Source: Bilabrum cf. latius (taxonomy: Eukaryota). From it: DNA of 64,000 nucleotides. The translations under genes and the position numbers were made by a program. The stretch covers positions 992,001-1,056,000 of the forward strand of contig OZ237751.1 in NCBI GenBank assembly GCA_965178125.1, written 5' to 3'. Below the pieces are notes generated by a model. That model worked only from the letters and a program-made list of their open reading frames with translations. It was not told the origin of the DNA and did not search any database. How positions within the stretch are numbered: the stretch's first letter is position 1; each line of letters starts with the position of its first letter. Of the stretch, positions 49,372 to 60,900 are shown piece by piece.

Positions 49372-51258
49372 ATGGAACACGACGAGGGCGAGGAGAGACA
49401 GCGCGGTTCGGACTTAAGCGAAAAGTCAGGCCTCCTGGGTAATAGCGGTCGTGATGATGTGCCAGCCATCCAGTCAACCTTAAAGAGTCCAATTGAGCGC
49501 AGGGGTGGAAGCTGGGGGCGGTATTTGCTTGGTTTGCTCCTACTGGTAGTTGTCGCTGCGATCTGGACTGGTGCCTCGGTGCTCGTCAAAGCCATCTACG
49601 ACACGGGCTACGCGCAGCCTTTCTTTCTGACCTACGTTTCTAATAGCCTGTTTGTGATCTTGCTGCCTGTGTTTGCACTAGTTCGCTGGGCCGAGCAAGC
49701 TCTTGCGGAAAGCACTCGAAGCTCCCGGGAGGCGACAGGGCTCCCTGTGGTTTGCGCAAGGGGTTGCCTGTGCGCCTGCCGCTCGCTACCATGCTCTTTA
49801 GGTCGCGATACTTCCCAAGAATCAACTTCCGCTGCTTCCAGGAGCACTTCATCCCCAGGCATCCCAGTCCCAGACTACCCCATCAGCGCGCTCCTCGCGT
49901 CCGTCGAGACGGCGCTGTGCGGGGCCTCCGACCGTGCTCGCAAGTGGGAGCAGGGCTCGTGCATTTGCTCCCGCTTTGCTTGCTTTGGTGGGCGAGAGGG
50001 CCGGCTGTTGGGCTCTGCCTCGTGCTTCGGAGTGGACTGGTGGTCCTCTGCAAGGGCCGCTCTGCTGGTGAGCCCCCTGTGGTTCCTGGCGCAGGAGACG
50101 TACAACTGGAGCCTGGAGGGGGTCTCTGTCTCGGTGAGCACGGTGCTGTCCACCACCAGCTGCGTGTTCACGCTGGCCCTCTCCGTGATGGTGCTGCGGG
50201 AGAAGATGACCTGGCTCAAGGCCGCGGGGGTGGGCCTCACTGTGCTGGGGGGTATCGCGGTGGCATCCGAGAGGTGGGGCCTGGGGCTGGACAGGCCACT
50301 GCCGGTGGGTGGAAGGCACGCGAAGAAACACCACGGGGACGATGGGGGCGGGGGCGGGGGCGAGGCGGACGGGCCCTCCAACACAGCGTGGGGCATCCTG
50401 GTGTGCCTCTGCTCCGCCGTGCTCTACGGCGTGTACACGGTGGCGATCCGGATCGGGGTGCCGGACGAGGAGGAGGGAGGAGGGGCGCAGTCGGTGGAAA
50501 GGCTAGAATCTCGAGTGCTGCTGCAAGCGGGTACCGCTGCTGGTGCTGCTGCACGAGGCACAGGTGGACATGAGGCGCGGCATGGGAGCATCGGGCGTGG
50601 GATAGAGATGGAGGGTGCAACGCACGATAGTGCTACTGCGGACGGCGCGATTGTTGCGAGCGAGCCTGGAATCAGGACCAGCATCTCAGCGGGTGCCTCG
50701 TCTGGCCCTGCGCTCTCTGCAGATGGTGGGGCGGCGGGTGCGGCTGCAGAGCAACTTGGATCCGATGGACAGGTGGTGCCAGCGGAGGGCTATCAGGGCA
50801 CGGTGCCCCTGCCCGTGTTCTTCGGGCTGCTGGGGGCATTCAACGCTGTGGTGCTGCTGCCCATCGTGCTGGTGCTGCACTGGACGGGCGTGGAGCCGCT
50901 GGACCACCGGGTGGGCCGGGCCCTGGGGCTAGTGGTGCTCAAGGGACTGCTGGACAACGTGCTGGCGGACTTTCTGTGGGCCAAGGCAATCGCGCTGACG
51001 ACCCCGACTGTTGCCACGGTGGGTCTGTCGCTGACGATCCCCATGGCGATGGCAAGCGACTGGGCCATGCACGGGGCGCCGTCCGTGGCGCTGGTGCTGG
51101 GGGCAGCGCTGGTGATCGGGGGCTTCTTGGCGATCAATTTCGGTGGCACAGATGAAGAGGAGGATGCTGGGGAGAAGGAGAGAGATGACCATCATCATCG
51201 GCAGGGTACTGCCACTAGGGGTGGGGGTGATGGTGTGGATCGAGCAGAGATGGAATGA
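49372..51258 (+). CDS. SLC35F5-like (EamA/DMT) transporter
   Basis: IWTGASVLV, PFFLTYVSNSLF, PLWFLAQETYNWSL, STVLSTTSCVFT, DNVLADFLWAKAIALTTPTVATVGLSLTIPMA. Uninterrupted ORF with TGA stop. Confidence 0.88.
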   Translation: MEHDEGEERQRGSDLSEKSGLLGNSGRDDVPAIQSTLKSPIERRGGSWGRYLLGLLLLVVVAAIWTGASVLVKAIYDTGYAQPFFLTYVSNSLFVILLPVFALVRWAEQALAESTRSSREATGLPVVCARGCLCACRSLPCSLGRDTSQESTSAASRSTSSPGIPVPDYPISALLASVETALCGASDRARKWEQGSCICSRFACFGGREGRLLGSASCFGVDWWSSARAALLVSPLWFLAQETYNWSLEGVSVSVSTVLSTTSCVFTLALSVMVLREKMTWLKAAGVGLTVLGGIAVASERWGLGLDRPLPVGGRHAKKHHGDDGGGGGGEADGPSNTAWGILVCLCSAVLYGVYTVAIRIGVPDEEEGGGAQSVERLESRVLLQAGTAAGAAARGTGGHEARHGSIGRGIEMEGATHDSATADGAIVASEPGIRTSISAGASSGPALSADGGAAGAAAEQLGSDGQVVPAEGYQGTVPLPVFFGLLGAFNAVVLLPIVLVLHWTGVEPLDHRVGRALGLVVLKGLLDNVLADFLWAKAIALTTPTVATVGLSLTIPMAMASDWAMHGAPSVALVLGAALVIGGFLAINFGGTDEEEDAGEKERDDHHHRQGTATRGGGDGVDRAEME

Positions 51259-51381
51259 CTTGCCGCTCGCGTGCTTCAATCGGATCCGTGCTAGCTAGGC
51301 TAGACCTACAAAACCTTTTGTATATTGATTGCAGATGTTCCTGTGCATGAATCGAAACAACCCCAGCTGCAGTTGCTAGGC

Positions 51382-52801
51382 TCACGAGGCCGGCTTGCTG
51401 GCGTCCGCTGCAGCCTCCGCGTCGCCTTCCGCGGCCCCGTATGTAATTGGCCTACCCAGCCCAGCCGCCACCCCTGCTGCCGGCTCGGAAGCCCCCGCCC
51501 CCACATGCACCAGCAGCTCCCCGGCCCCCTTCTCCAGCATCAGCTTGGCCAGCTCCACGCCCACTGTGGCGGCTTCGTGCCAGTACCTCGGAGCAGCCCC
51601 GAAATGCAGCTCGTGCGTGGCTAGGGGAACAGTGGCACCAGAGGCACCGGCCCCGCCGCCCTTCCCCGGAGCTGGTTGGGGACACTCCCCCGCAGCGGGG
51701 GTCTCTCCTGGGGTAGGCAGCGCCACCAGCCCCGTGACAGCCCCCTCCACCACCTTCTGACCATCTCTGGATAGCACAGTGCCATGAAGCGCCAGCCGGT
51801 GCGTGGGCTTAGGCCCCGCCCCCCCTGCGCTCTCGCCCGAGACTGCCTCTTCCCCAGATGACCCCAGCGCCGTCAGCTCGCTTAGCACGCCGATGGGGAC
51901 CTGGCAGCCCCCCTGCAGCCCGCGCAAGAACGCCCGCTCCGCCTGGCAGCGCGCCGCAGATTCAGGGTGCTCGCAGGCCTGCCTGCACACGGCCGCGCTG
52001 GCCGCATCCGAATCCCTGACCTCGATCCCGAGGGCACCCTGGCTCACCCCATAGGGGAACTCGGTGGGGTCCAGCACCTGCGAGATGCGCTTGCCCCAGC
52101 CAAGCCGCTCCAAGCCCGCCTTCGCAAGCACGAGGGCGGCGTAGACGGGGGCAGGAGCAGCGCCAGGCGCTGGCTCGTGCTCCCCGTCTAGCTTCTTGAT
52201 CCGCGTGTTCAGGTTGCCGCGCACAGGGTCAACATCCAAGTCCGGGTATCGCCTGCGCAGCAGAGCTTCGCGGCGGAGAGAGCTCGTTCCAATCAAACTG
52301 CCCTTTGGCAGATCTGAGAGCGACTTGTACCCGGCTTCGATGCTCGCCTTTGACAAGACTACAGCATCCTCCGGGGCTGCCCTCTCAGAGATTGCAGCAA
52401 GAGTAAGCCCATCCGGCAGATGTGTGGGCACGTCTTTCAAGGAGTGTACTGCCACATTGGCAGCCTCCGACTGCAGCCAAACCTGCGGCGGGGGTTCGAT
52501 GACGGCCTAAGTGTTCGAGTGAGAGGCAACAAAAACGGGTGGGCGTGCGTGTCTCTTGGCCCGTCCTTACTTCTAGCTCCTTTGTGAATATTCCAGGCGA
52601 TACAGTAGCAAGCTGCGACAAGGGCTTGTCCAGAATCTTGTCTCCTTCCGCTAACTAGGTCATAATTTCGATTGTTGGAGGCGGTACCAAAGACAGCATT
52701 TGATCGCGAACCCAATGCGTTTGAACCATTGCAAGCTCGCTGTTCCTCGATCCAATAACAATTTTTCCACCTTTGGCATCCCCAGCGGCAGCAGCAGCCA
52801 T
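51382..52801 (-). CDS. HMBS: Porphobilinogen deaminase (hydroxymethylbilane synthase); intron 52483-52570; TAG at 52655
   Basis: IVIGSRNSELAMVQT, GDKILDKPL, IFTKELE, AVHSLKDVPT, IGTSSLRR, VRGNLNTRIKKLD, AERAFLRGLQGGCQVPIG. Confidence 0.95.
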
Positions 52802-52988
52802 AGCGATTGAAAAATAGCCTGCTGCAAGCGCAGCCGCGAGTGCCGCCACTGGCAGCTCCGGATTGACGCACCCAACAACTCATCGCGGCTCTCGCGCGAC
52901 ATCCTGCCACGCCAGTCGAGTTAGCGACATGAATTGCAGCGGGCTATGCAGCCGCCCCAAAAAAAGCGCTCCCGATCTCCCTCCCCAC

Positions 52989-55037
52989 TCACGCGCTCAC
53001 CTCAACGCACAGGCCCTCGTCCCCCGCGCCGGCCCACACCTCGATCCTGGACGCCACGCCCTCCCCGCTGGGAGCGTCGTGCGCCCACCAGGAGGCCTCC
53101 GCACTGCGGGGCACGGGCAGCCTCTCCGCGACCTTGTACGCCGCAGGCAGCGGCTCCCCCCCGGGCGTGCTGGCCCCCGGCGCGTCGTACCGCGTGAATC
53201 GAGACAGGGGCAGCGCAGCAGCGAGCTCGTGCCCTTGCCCCGCCTCGGCGCTGGCAGCCCACTCGTCATACGCGGGGAACGGGGCGCGCGCGATGGGTCC
53301 GCGTGCTTCTGCTTCGACGGCTACCCGGCCGCTGCCGCACGTCCCACTCGTCACACTGACGCTCACCCGGTCTGCCCTCGCGGCCATCCCGTCGAGCAGC
53401 AGCCGCACCTCTCGCCCCACGGGCCCCACCTCGAGCTGCAGGCCCAGGCCGGGTCCGCCGTCCTTGGCTGGGCCTGCCGAGTACCACGCCACTGCGTCCG
53501 GCCCCATGTGTTCCCTGAGATCTACGGACACTTTCTCGGGCGCTTGTTCCCTGGAGAGCACGTCCCAGTCGGGGTCCCACCCATGGGGGGAGTGCACGGC
53601 CAGGGTGAGCGCCCCCTTGGCGGGGGAGGCCCCCCCCCTGCCGGTGTATCGGGTGGACACGTGCAGGGGCACGATGTCTCCCTGCCGGCCGAAGACCGGG
53701 ATGACGGTGAGGGGGGCTTCCACCCGCACGGTTGCGTTGGAGGGGTAGGTCTTGTTCCGGTCGAACCAGTCGAACCAGCCCTTGCCCGTCGGTGTGGCCG
53801 GCAGGTGCACCGTGGCGCGGGTCACGTTAGCCTCCGACACCGGGTGCACGAAGATGGAGGGGCCCAAGGAGTAGTCGTACGAGGAGAAGTTGTTATACTG
53901 GATCAGGTCCTGCTCGTCCTGGGGGCGGGGCTCGGAGGGAAGCACCAGCGAGCTGTTGGTCTCGTAGGCGCGCGCGCCGTGGGACAGCAAGTACGGCTGC
54001 AGCTCCATATGCGCCGCCACGAGTGCCCTGTAGGCGTCCACGATGACCGTGCTGCCGGGGCCATCGAAAGCCCAGGGCCTGTGCTCCTTGTCTCCCCCGT
54101 TCTCCATCAGTGGCAGAAACGCTCCCATCTGCGCCCAGCGGAGAAACAGCTCGGCGGTGCGGCCCTGTGTCCCGTGCCCCGACCTGTACCCGCCAATGTC
54201 GCTGCCGAATCCCGTGTAGTTGTTCCACCCCGAGTGCAGGAGGTTCCGCAGCGCGTCCTGCATGCCCTCGAAGGTCGGGTCCTGGTCGCCCACCCAGCCA
54301 GAGAACATCACGTCCCGCGGGGAGAAGTCCAAGTACACCTGGATCTCGGCCCCGATCACGTTGTAGCTGTCCACCGGGCGGGACATGACCAGGCAGTGCG
54401 GGCCGTTCTGTTGCCTGGTGTATTGAAAGAAGTGGCGGTAGTAGTCGGTCGCGTACTCGCGATATGAGACGGGCCCCGCGTGCCCCTGAGGGTCCAAGTA
54501 CTCGATGATGAACGGATCCGTCCCATCCACCTTCCAGCCGTCGATATCAAGCTTGAGCACATTGTCAAGAGCGTCCTGCCACCAATCGACCGCCTTGTCG
54601 TACGTGTAGTCCAGAAGCAACCCGTCCCCGTGCCACCAGTGCAGGGTTGACGTCTCGTTCAGGGCATTTCGAATGTTGTAGTCGTTTGAGGCCATCTCCT
54701 AGTAGTTGCTTGAGTCCGTATCCACCATGGACGTGGCCCAGAGGATAACCATCGTCCCGTTCGAGTGCTGTCCTGCCACTAGCGCGCCCAAGTCTGGGAA
54801 TTTGGACGTGTCCGGTACAAAGTCATTGATTCCTTTCGACCACGTGCTATCAATGTCGATGGCACCCACGGGAATCGTGTGGTCCCTGAAGCTTTGAGCG
54901 AACTCTTCAACGGCCGGCTACGTTGAGCGGTCTGCTGAGAGCCAGACCCAATGCTCGTGCGCCCATGGGGCGTACGGAGTCGTGCCACATACAAGACTAG
55001 CACTAAGGGCAAGGATTGTCGCGGCCTCCCCCCTCAT
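52989..55037 (-). CDS. Secreted GH31 glycoside hydrolase; TAG at 54918 and 54699
   Basis: Signal peptide, IPVGAIDIDSTW, SKFPD, IDGWKVDGTD (nucleophile), WVGDQ, GSDIGGY, ELFLRWAQMGAF, PW.F, IPVF.R.G. Confidence 0.9.
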
Positions 55038-55195
55038 GCCGTGCAGAAGATTCTGCCTAAAATGGGCCTTGCATCAAAATCTTCATCTTCATGGATTGCC
55101 AAGTGCATTCCGGCCAAATGGGTAATTACTCTCTGTTTTGGTTCTTTCATCCCAGCAAGGTGCTACCAGAAGTGCACTCCTGCTGACGGGCTCCA

Positions 55196-57361
55196 TCATG
55201 CCCTCTCCGCGTGCCCACGCTCGGCCGTGGCCAGCACAGCCTGCGCGGCATGCAGCGCCCCCTCCAGCGACACCCTCCTGTCCTCGTGCCACCCAGCCCC
55301 AGCCCCTTCAAGTTCTGGCACGCTCCCACTATCTCTCCCTGCATCCCTCCTGCCTCCGCTCTCTTCATCAGAATCATCGTCGCTGTCCCCGCCAGCTGAC
55401 CCCCTCCCCCTCCCCCTCCCCCTGCCGCCCACCCCCACGCTCTCCCTCCTCTCCTCCGCCTCGAAGTCCCGGAAGCCAGCCAGCCCCAGCTCGGCCACCC
55501 CCGGGCCAGCAGCACCACTCCCGCCAAGCTCCGATCGAAGTGAGGCATCGCTCACGCCGGCCCCCTGACCCCTGCCCAGAGGGGGGGCTCTGGCTCCGCC
55601 GAAGGAGACGGCGCCTGCTCCCGCCCCTGCCGTACCGCCGTGCGATGCACCTTGCTCCCCATAGAACCGCACCCTCTGGCCAGGCGAGCGGGGGGAAGAC
55701 GCCTGCCGGAAGGAAGACCGGCGGGGCCGCGCGTTGATCCTGGGCTCGAACGGGCCCTAGGGGGTGCTGCCTCCAGCGGTGCCAGACCCGCCGGCAGCAC
55801 TGCCACGGCCACCCGTGCCACTGCCGCGCGGAGAGCTGCCCACGATGGGCTGCAGCTCGATGCCTCCCTGCCTCTGCCCCGCCTGTGCCGCCACTGCTGG
55901 ATTGGCCACCTGCACCACCTGGCCCCCCCTCATGACCCGGGCCGCGCGGTTGGCGAGGTCGCTGGACAGGTGCATGCCCCCAAGGTGGGGGTTCGAGGGG
56001 GGCCCCAGGTGACCGTGCCCCTGCCCCCGCTCCCTGCGCGCCTTGCCCCCATGCAGGTGCCTGAGCTCCTGCATGCGCTGCGCCGAAGACCGGAGCACTG
56101 CCTCCAGCTTGCGGTACTGCTCGTCTCCAAAGAAGCAGAAGAGTCGCACGGTGACGCCCACGGTGACCAGCCGGTTGAAGAGAGCGATGCCGCCCAGCAG
56201 CATCACCACCGGAAGCGCCGAGGATTCCCTGAAGAGCAGCAGCAGCTCCCTTGTTCCCTGATCCGTGTCGTCCAGGGAAATGGCCGCCACGGCCAGCACA
56301 AGCGCGGGCAGCAGCGGAGACAGCGCCCAAAATCCGAAGAGCCGCTCCCAGTTCTGCAGCTTGATGGCGCGCACGCCCAGCCAGTCCCACAGGAACTCGA
56401 TGGGCAGCATGAGCGCCGCCCACACGGCGAAGAGGTTGTCTCTCCTCTCGTCAGAGCTCAGAGCGAACACCCCCACAGTGAGGACCAGGCTGAACGAGAA
56501 CTGCAGATCCGCCTTGCGGATGGCCCCAAACCACTCGTACAGCCTGTACATGGCCCTGGTTTCGATGTCCGCCCCCACCGCCTTGTACTTGAGCCATACC
56601 AGGTCGCCCCACATGAGGTACAGCATCAGCACGTAGAGCGCCAGGCAGCTCACAGACACCGCCAGGTCCGCGTAGCACAGCCCGTCCCCGCCCGACTCGC
56701 ACTCGAGCGTGTAGCTGAACCCCCCGCAGGTCGCCTCAAGCAGGGCCAGGTGCTGGGCGGTGTCCGGGGCTGCGAGCGAGTATATGTTCCGCACCAGCAC
56801 GGAGAGCACCACCACAAAGAAGGTGATCAGCTCGAGGGCGTTCGCCTTGGCCACTGCCTCCGTGCCGTAGTAGGGCATGAAGAGCGCCGTCACCAGGTAC
56901 AGCAGCGAGTAGAAGACCGTCTCGGGGCCCTCCACGGCCCGAAAAGCGCGGCCACCCTGGTCGCGCGACCAGCCGGCCGTCCCGTTCAGAGTCCCGTTGG
57001 AAGAGGGACCCCCGCTAGCTTCCATCCTGTCGATGCACTGCTCCATGCGATCCGCCAAAAAGCCCAGAGATGTGAATGCGACTGCCATCAGCCACAGGGC
57101 GTGCAGGGCTGTAACAAGCACGAACGCCTGGTGGTACCATGGCGCGGAGAGAACGACACGCCAGAACAGTCCTGCGAACTGGCTGGAGTACCATAGGCTA
57201 GAACCAAGAGGATAAGACGAGCTGCGACGAATCCGAGGCAAGATGCGACGCCGCAATCCAGGGGTGGTCAGCTCGCATTTCGCGCAGAGACTCACCGAAT
57301 GTCTCGCATGCAGACTTGCTCCCGGTGCTGAGCTTCTCGAATCGAGCTTCTTCTTCCTCAT
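55196..57361 (-). CDS. Multi-pass (about 7 TM) membrane protein, UPF0658-like; TAG at 55757; start uncertain
   Basis: Multiple hydrophobic helices and the motif WLKYKAVGADIETRAMYRLY..F.AIRKAD; TGA at 55198-55196. Confidence 0.6.
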
Positions 57362-57993
57362 GGCGCTATTTTATCGCCGCCAACGCGTTTCTTGAAGCCT
57401 ACTCATCGTCGCTAGGAAGAGCGACGCCGTCCACGACTTCGACTGCACCAGATCTGGATATTTTCGAATCCATGTCGCCGGGGTGATGTCCCCTCGCCCA
57501 AGAGGACTTACTAAGAACACTAATAAGTACTTGACATGGCTTGATGCCCTTGATCTGACTTCGACCGCCTTGTAACCCGGCCGCTAGTCCAACCCATTGA
57601 AACGTGCACCTCTACCAAAACGGCTCCGAATATCGGACCGATTCATCACTTCCTTGCGGCCTTTGCGGTCCAAAGTCATGAGTGGCATGCCGCACAGGAT
57701 CCGAAGTGAGATCGAATCAAGGTCTGCCTAGCAGCCTCTCGCCTTGCACTAATAGTTCGCAATATGAAGGCCAAGATTCGGTCACCAATGTGCAACTGAA
57801 ACTCAATGTAAATATCGCGCAGGAATGCCATCGTCTGCTCTAAAGGACATTTCAAGTGAGATCATGACGTGGTATATAGCTGTACAAAGCGTATGCCACG
57901 CATGGCACTACCGGTCCGGCTGCAAACGCTACTACCGCTGCTACGTGCTGTTTCGTGATCAAGTCCCGGTGCTGTTTTGCAGGTCATAGAACA

Positions 57994-60900
57994 ATGTCGC
58001 GATCAGACGCAGAGGCTTTATTTGCCTCCTATGGCATTGACCCCAAAGCTCCGTACCCTTGCACGGTTTTGGATGGTGAGCGTCCTATCGGCCCTGGCCA
58101 ACCGAACTCGATCATATACCCGCTCGTAGCGATAGCGTTGCTCAATGCAGAACGCATAGTTTGCGATCCCACGCCCAAACGTCAGTTATGTGTGCGCCAG
58201 TGGGCGTCTGCAGCGCACTAACGATCTGTGACCTCAGCCAGAATCCGCCGCCCAACCCACCGGTTGTGGGTTTGGCTGCAAGACGGCAGTTTTCGCACAG
58301 AAGCAGCACTGCATGCCGGTCATGCCCAACGAATGCACGTTGCATGCCAGATTCATGTGATTCGCTGCATGCCTTTCCACCGCAGAGCTGTTTCACGACG
58401 TGGTGGCCATCGATGTGAACGCTCTCGTGGAGCAGCACCCCGACAACCTGCTGTCCAAGGCGCTCACCAACCACCTGGCCATCCCACGGTGGAAGCGGTT
58501 CACCTCAGAGATCAAGGGGATATTCAGGTCCATTCGAAGGCACGTCAAGGGCGGATCCAACGCGCAGTACATCCCGGTGCTGGCCGAGGCGGATCCCAGC
58601 AAGTTCGCGGTGTCCGTGTGCACGGTGGACGGGCAAATGTACTCGGTGGGCGACTACAACTGGGGATTCTCTATACAGAGCTGCGTGAAGCCGCTGCTGT
58701 ACGCGATGGCCCTTCAGGAAAACGGGCTCAAGCGGGTGCACCGGCACGTGGGGCACGAGGCCAGCGGGCTCGCCTTCAACGAGGTCAGCCTGAACAAGGA
58801 CGAGCTACCCTACAACCCCATGGTCAACTCGGGAGCCATCGCCACAGCCTCCACTGTCAGGCCGCAGGAGAGCTCCGCGGCTAGGTTCCGCGCCTTCAAG
58901 AAGTTCGTGGAGGGGCTGGCGGGGCCAATTAAGGTGGGCTTCTCGCAGCCCACGTACCTGTGCGAGAGCGAGACTGCCTGGAGGAACAACGCGCTGGTGT
59001 ACTTCATGATGAAGGCGGGCGTGTTCTCGAAGGACGTGGACCCGCTGCAGAGCCTTGACTTCTACCTGCAGGCCTGCTCCATCGAGGTCACGGCCAGGGC
59101 GGCGGCATGCGTGGCCGCCACTCTGGCCACGGGCGGGATCATGCCGCTGACGGGGGAGCGCCAGATCGAGTCGTGGGTCGCGCACACGGTGATCCAGCAG
59201 ATCTTCGTGGGGGGCATGTACGACGCCTCCGGGGAGTGGAGCGTGCAGGTGGGCCTGCCAGCCAAGAGCGGGGTGGCCGGTCTCATCTACGTGATCATAC
59301 CCAACCGGGCGGGCATCGCGATCGTGTCCCCGCCTTTAGACGACCACGGCAACTCGTTTCGGGGAGTGGAGTTCTGCAGGCGGCTGCTGCGGTCCTACCC
59401 GCTGGGCATCTTCGACCAGATCATCTCTGCCTCCATCGACGAGCGGGGGCACTCGAACGTGCTGGCGGATGAGCCGAGGGGAGGATCCGCGCATGGGAGC
59501 GCCAGCAGCTCGAGTGGCCCGGGCACCGTAGTGGCAGAGTCCGTGCTGGATCCGGAGCAGTACCATGGGCAGGCACAGGCCGCCAGCACGGCTGATCCTG
59601 GGGCGGACCACGACCGGGGAACGTGGGGCGCGGGGGGGTCTGTGGCCACGGATCAGGCCGAGAGCAAGCAGCAGGGGGGCATCAACGAGGACGGTCGCGG
59701 GGGGCAGAGGAAGGGGCAGAGGCCGCGCCGGGGATCCCTGACGCGGGAAGCGGTGGGCGGGCAGAGCTTCATCCGAAAAAAGCACGGGCGGAGCGACGGT
59801 GAGTTCGACCAGGCCTCTCCCCGTCCTGACGCGACCGACGCGTCTAGCAAGGGCGGGGCTGGAGCTACTGGCCCTTCGTTCGACTTCGGGGCCCAGATGG
59901 CGGAGAGCGAGGCAAGGGGGCTGCTGCACGAGGTGCGGCACGTGAGTCTGCGGCTGGTGCGGCTGCTCCGGAGGGTGCGGCTGTACTCGAGGTTCTACCA
60001 GTGGGCGCAAAGGGAGGGGCTCCGGCGATCGACTAGCCACGAGGAGCTGGGCAGCGAAGGAGGGGTGGACATGCGGTACGCCGCGGACGAGATGGAGTCT
60101 GGGTTTTCTCCAGAGGCGAAGGCGGTGCGGCCCCAGGGCTCTCCCCCCGCTGGGGCGGTGAGCGCGGAGGACGACATCGCCGGCTTGACCCGGGATGCAC
60201 CCGCCGGTACCCGCGGTGGTTTCTCTATCTGCGACTTGCAGATGCCCAGGCAGGCCCTGGAGGAAATGCTGCTGAAGCGGGGCATCGAGCTGGACCCGGA
60301 GCGGCAGCCGTACGCGTGCGGGCTCCTGGACCGTGCCAGGGCAGCGGGAGCGGCGCGCATGCGTGCAGAGGCGGCGAGGGCGGGTCTGGGTGACGCGGGC
60401 ACTGGACCCGTGTGCGAGGAGACGGGTGGGCCTTGGAGCGCGGGACCGGGCAAGCAGGTGTCGTTCTCGGCCGAGTCCCTGTCGGCGGGAGTCGCGCCGC
60501 CCGACTCGAGCGGGGTGGTGGAATCGCCCACCAAGCAGGCCCCCGCGGGACTCATGCGAGTGGGCGACCTGAGCAGTCCGCTGGGCCTGTCCCGGGGCCA
60601 GTCCGTGCTGCCCACGGACGACTTGGATGAGGCCGAGGAAGACAGCTGGGTGGTGGACGTGCGGGACCTCTTCCTCGCCGGTGTGCAGAGGAACCCGATC
60701 CTGTTCGCGGCGGTGGACGGGCTGGCCATCCCCGATTTCTAGCTGCTGCAGCGCGACCTAGATGAGATCATGGGCACGGTGCTGCGGAGCGCCGAGGCCT
60801 AGCAGGGGGAGGTGTACTCGAAGGACGACATCGAGGAGCTCTCTCAGGCGGACCCGGATGCGTGGGCCGTGTCGGTGTGCACTGTGGACGGGCAGACATA

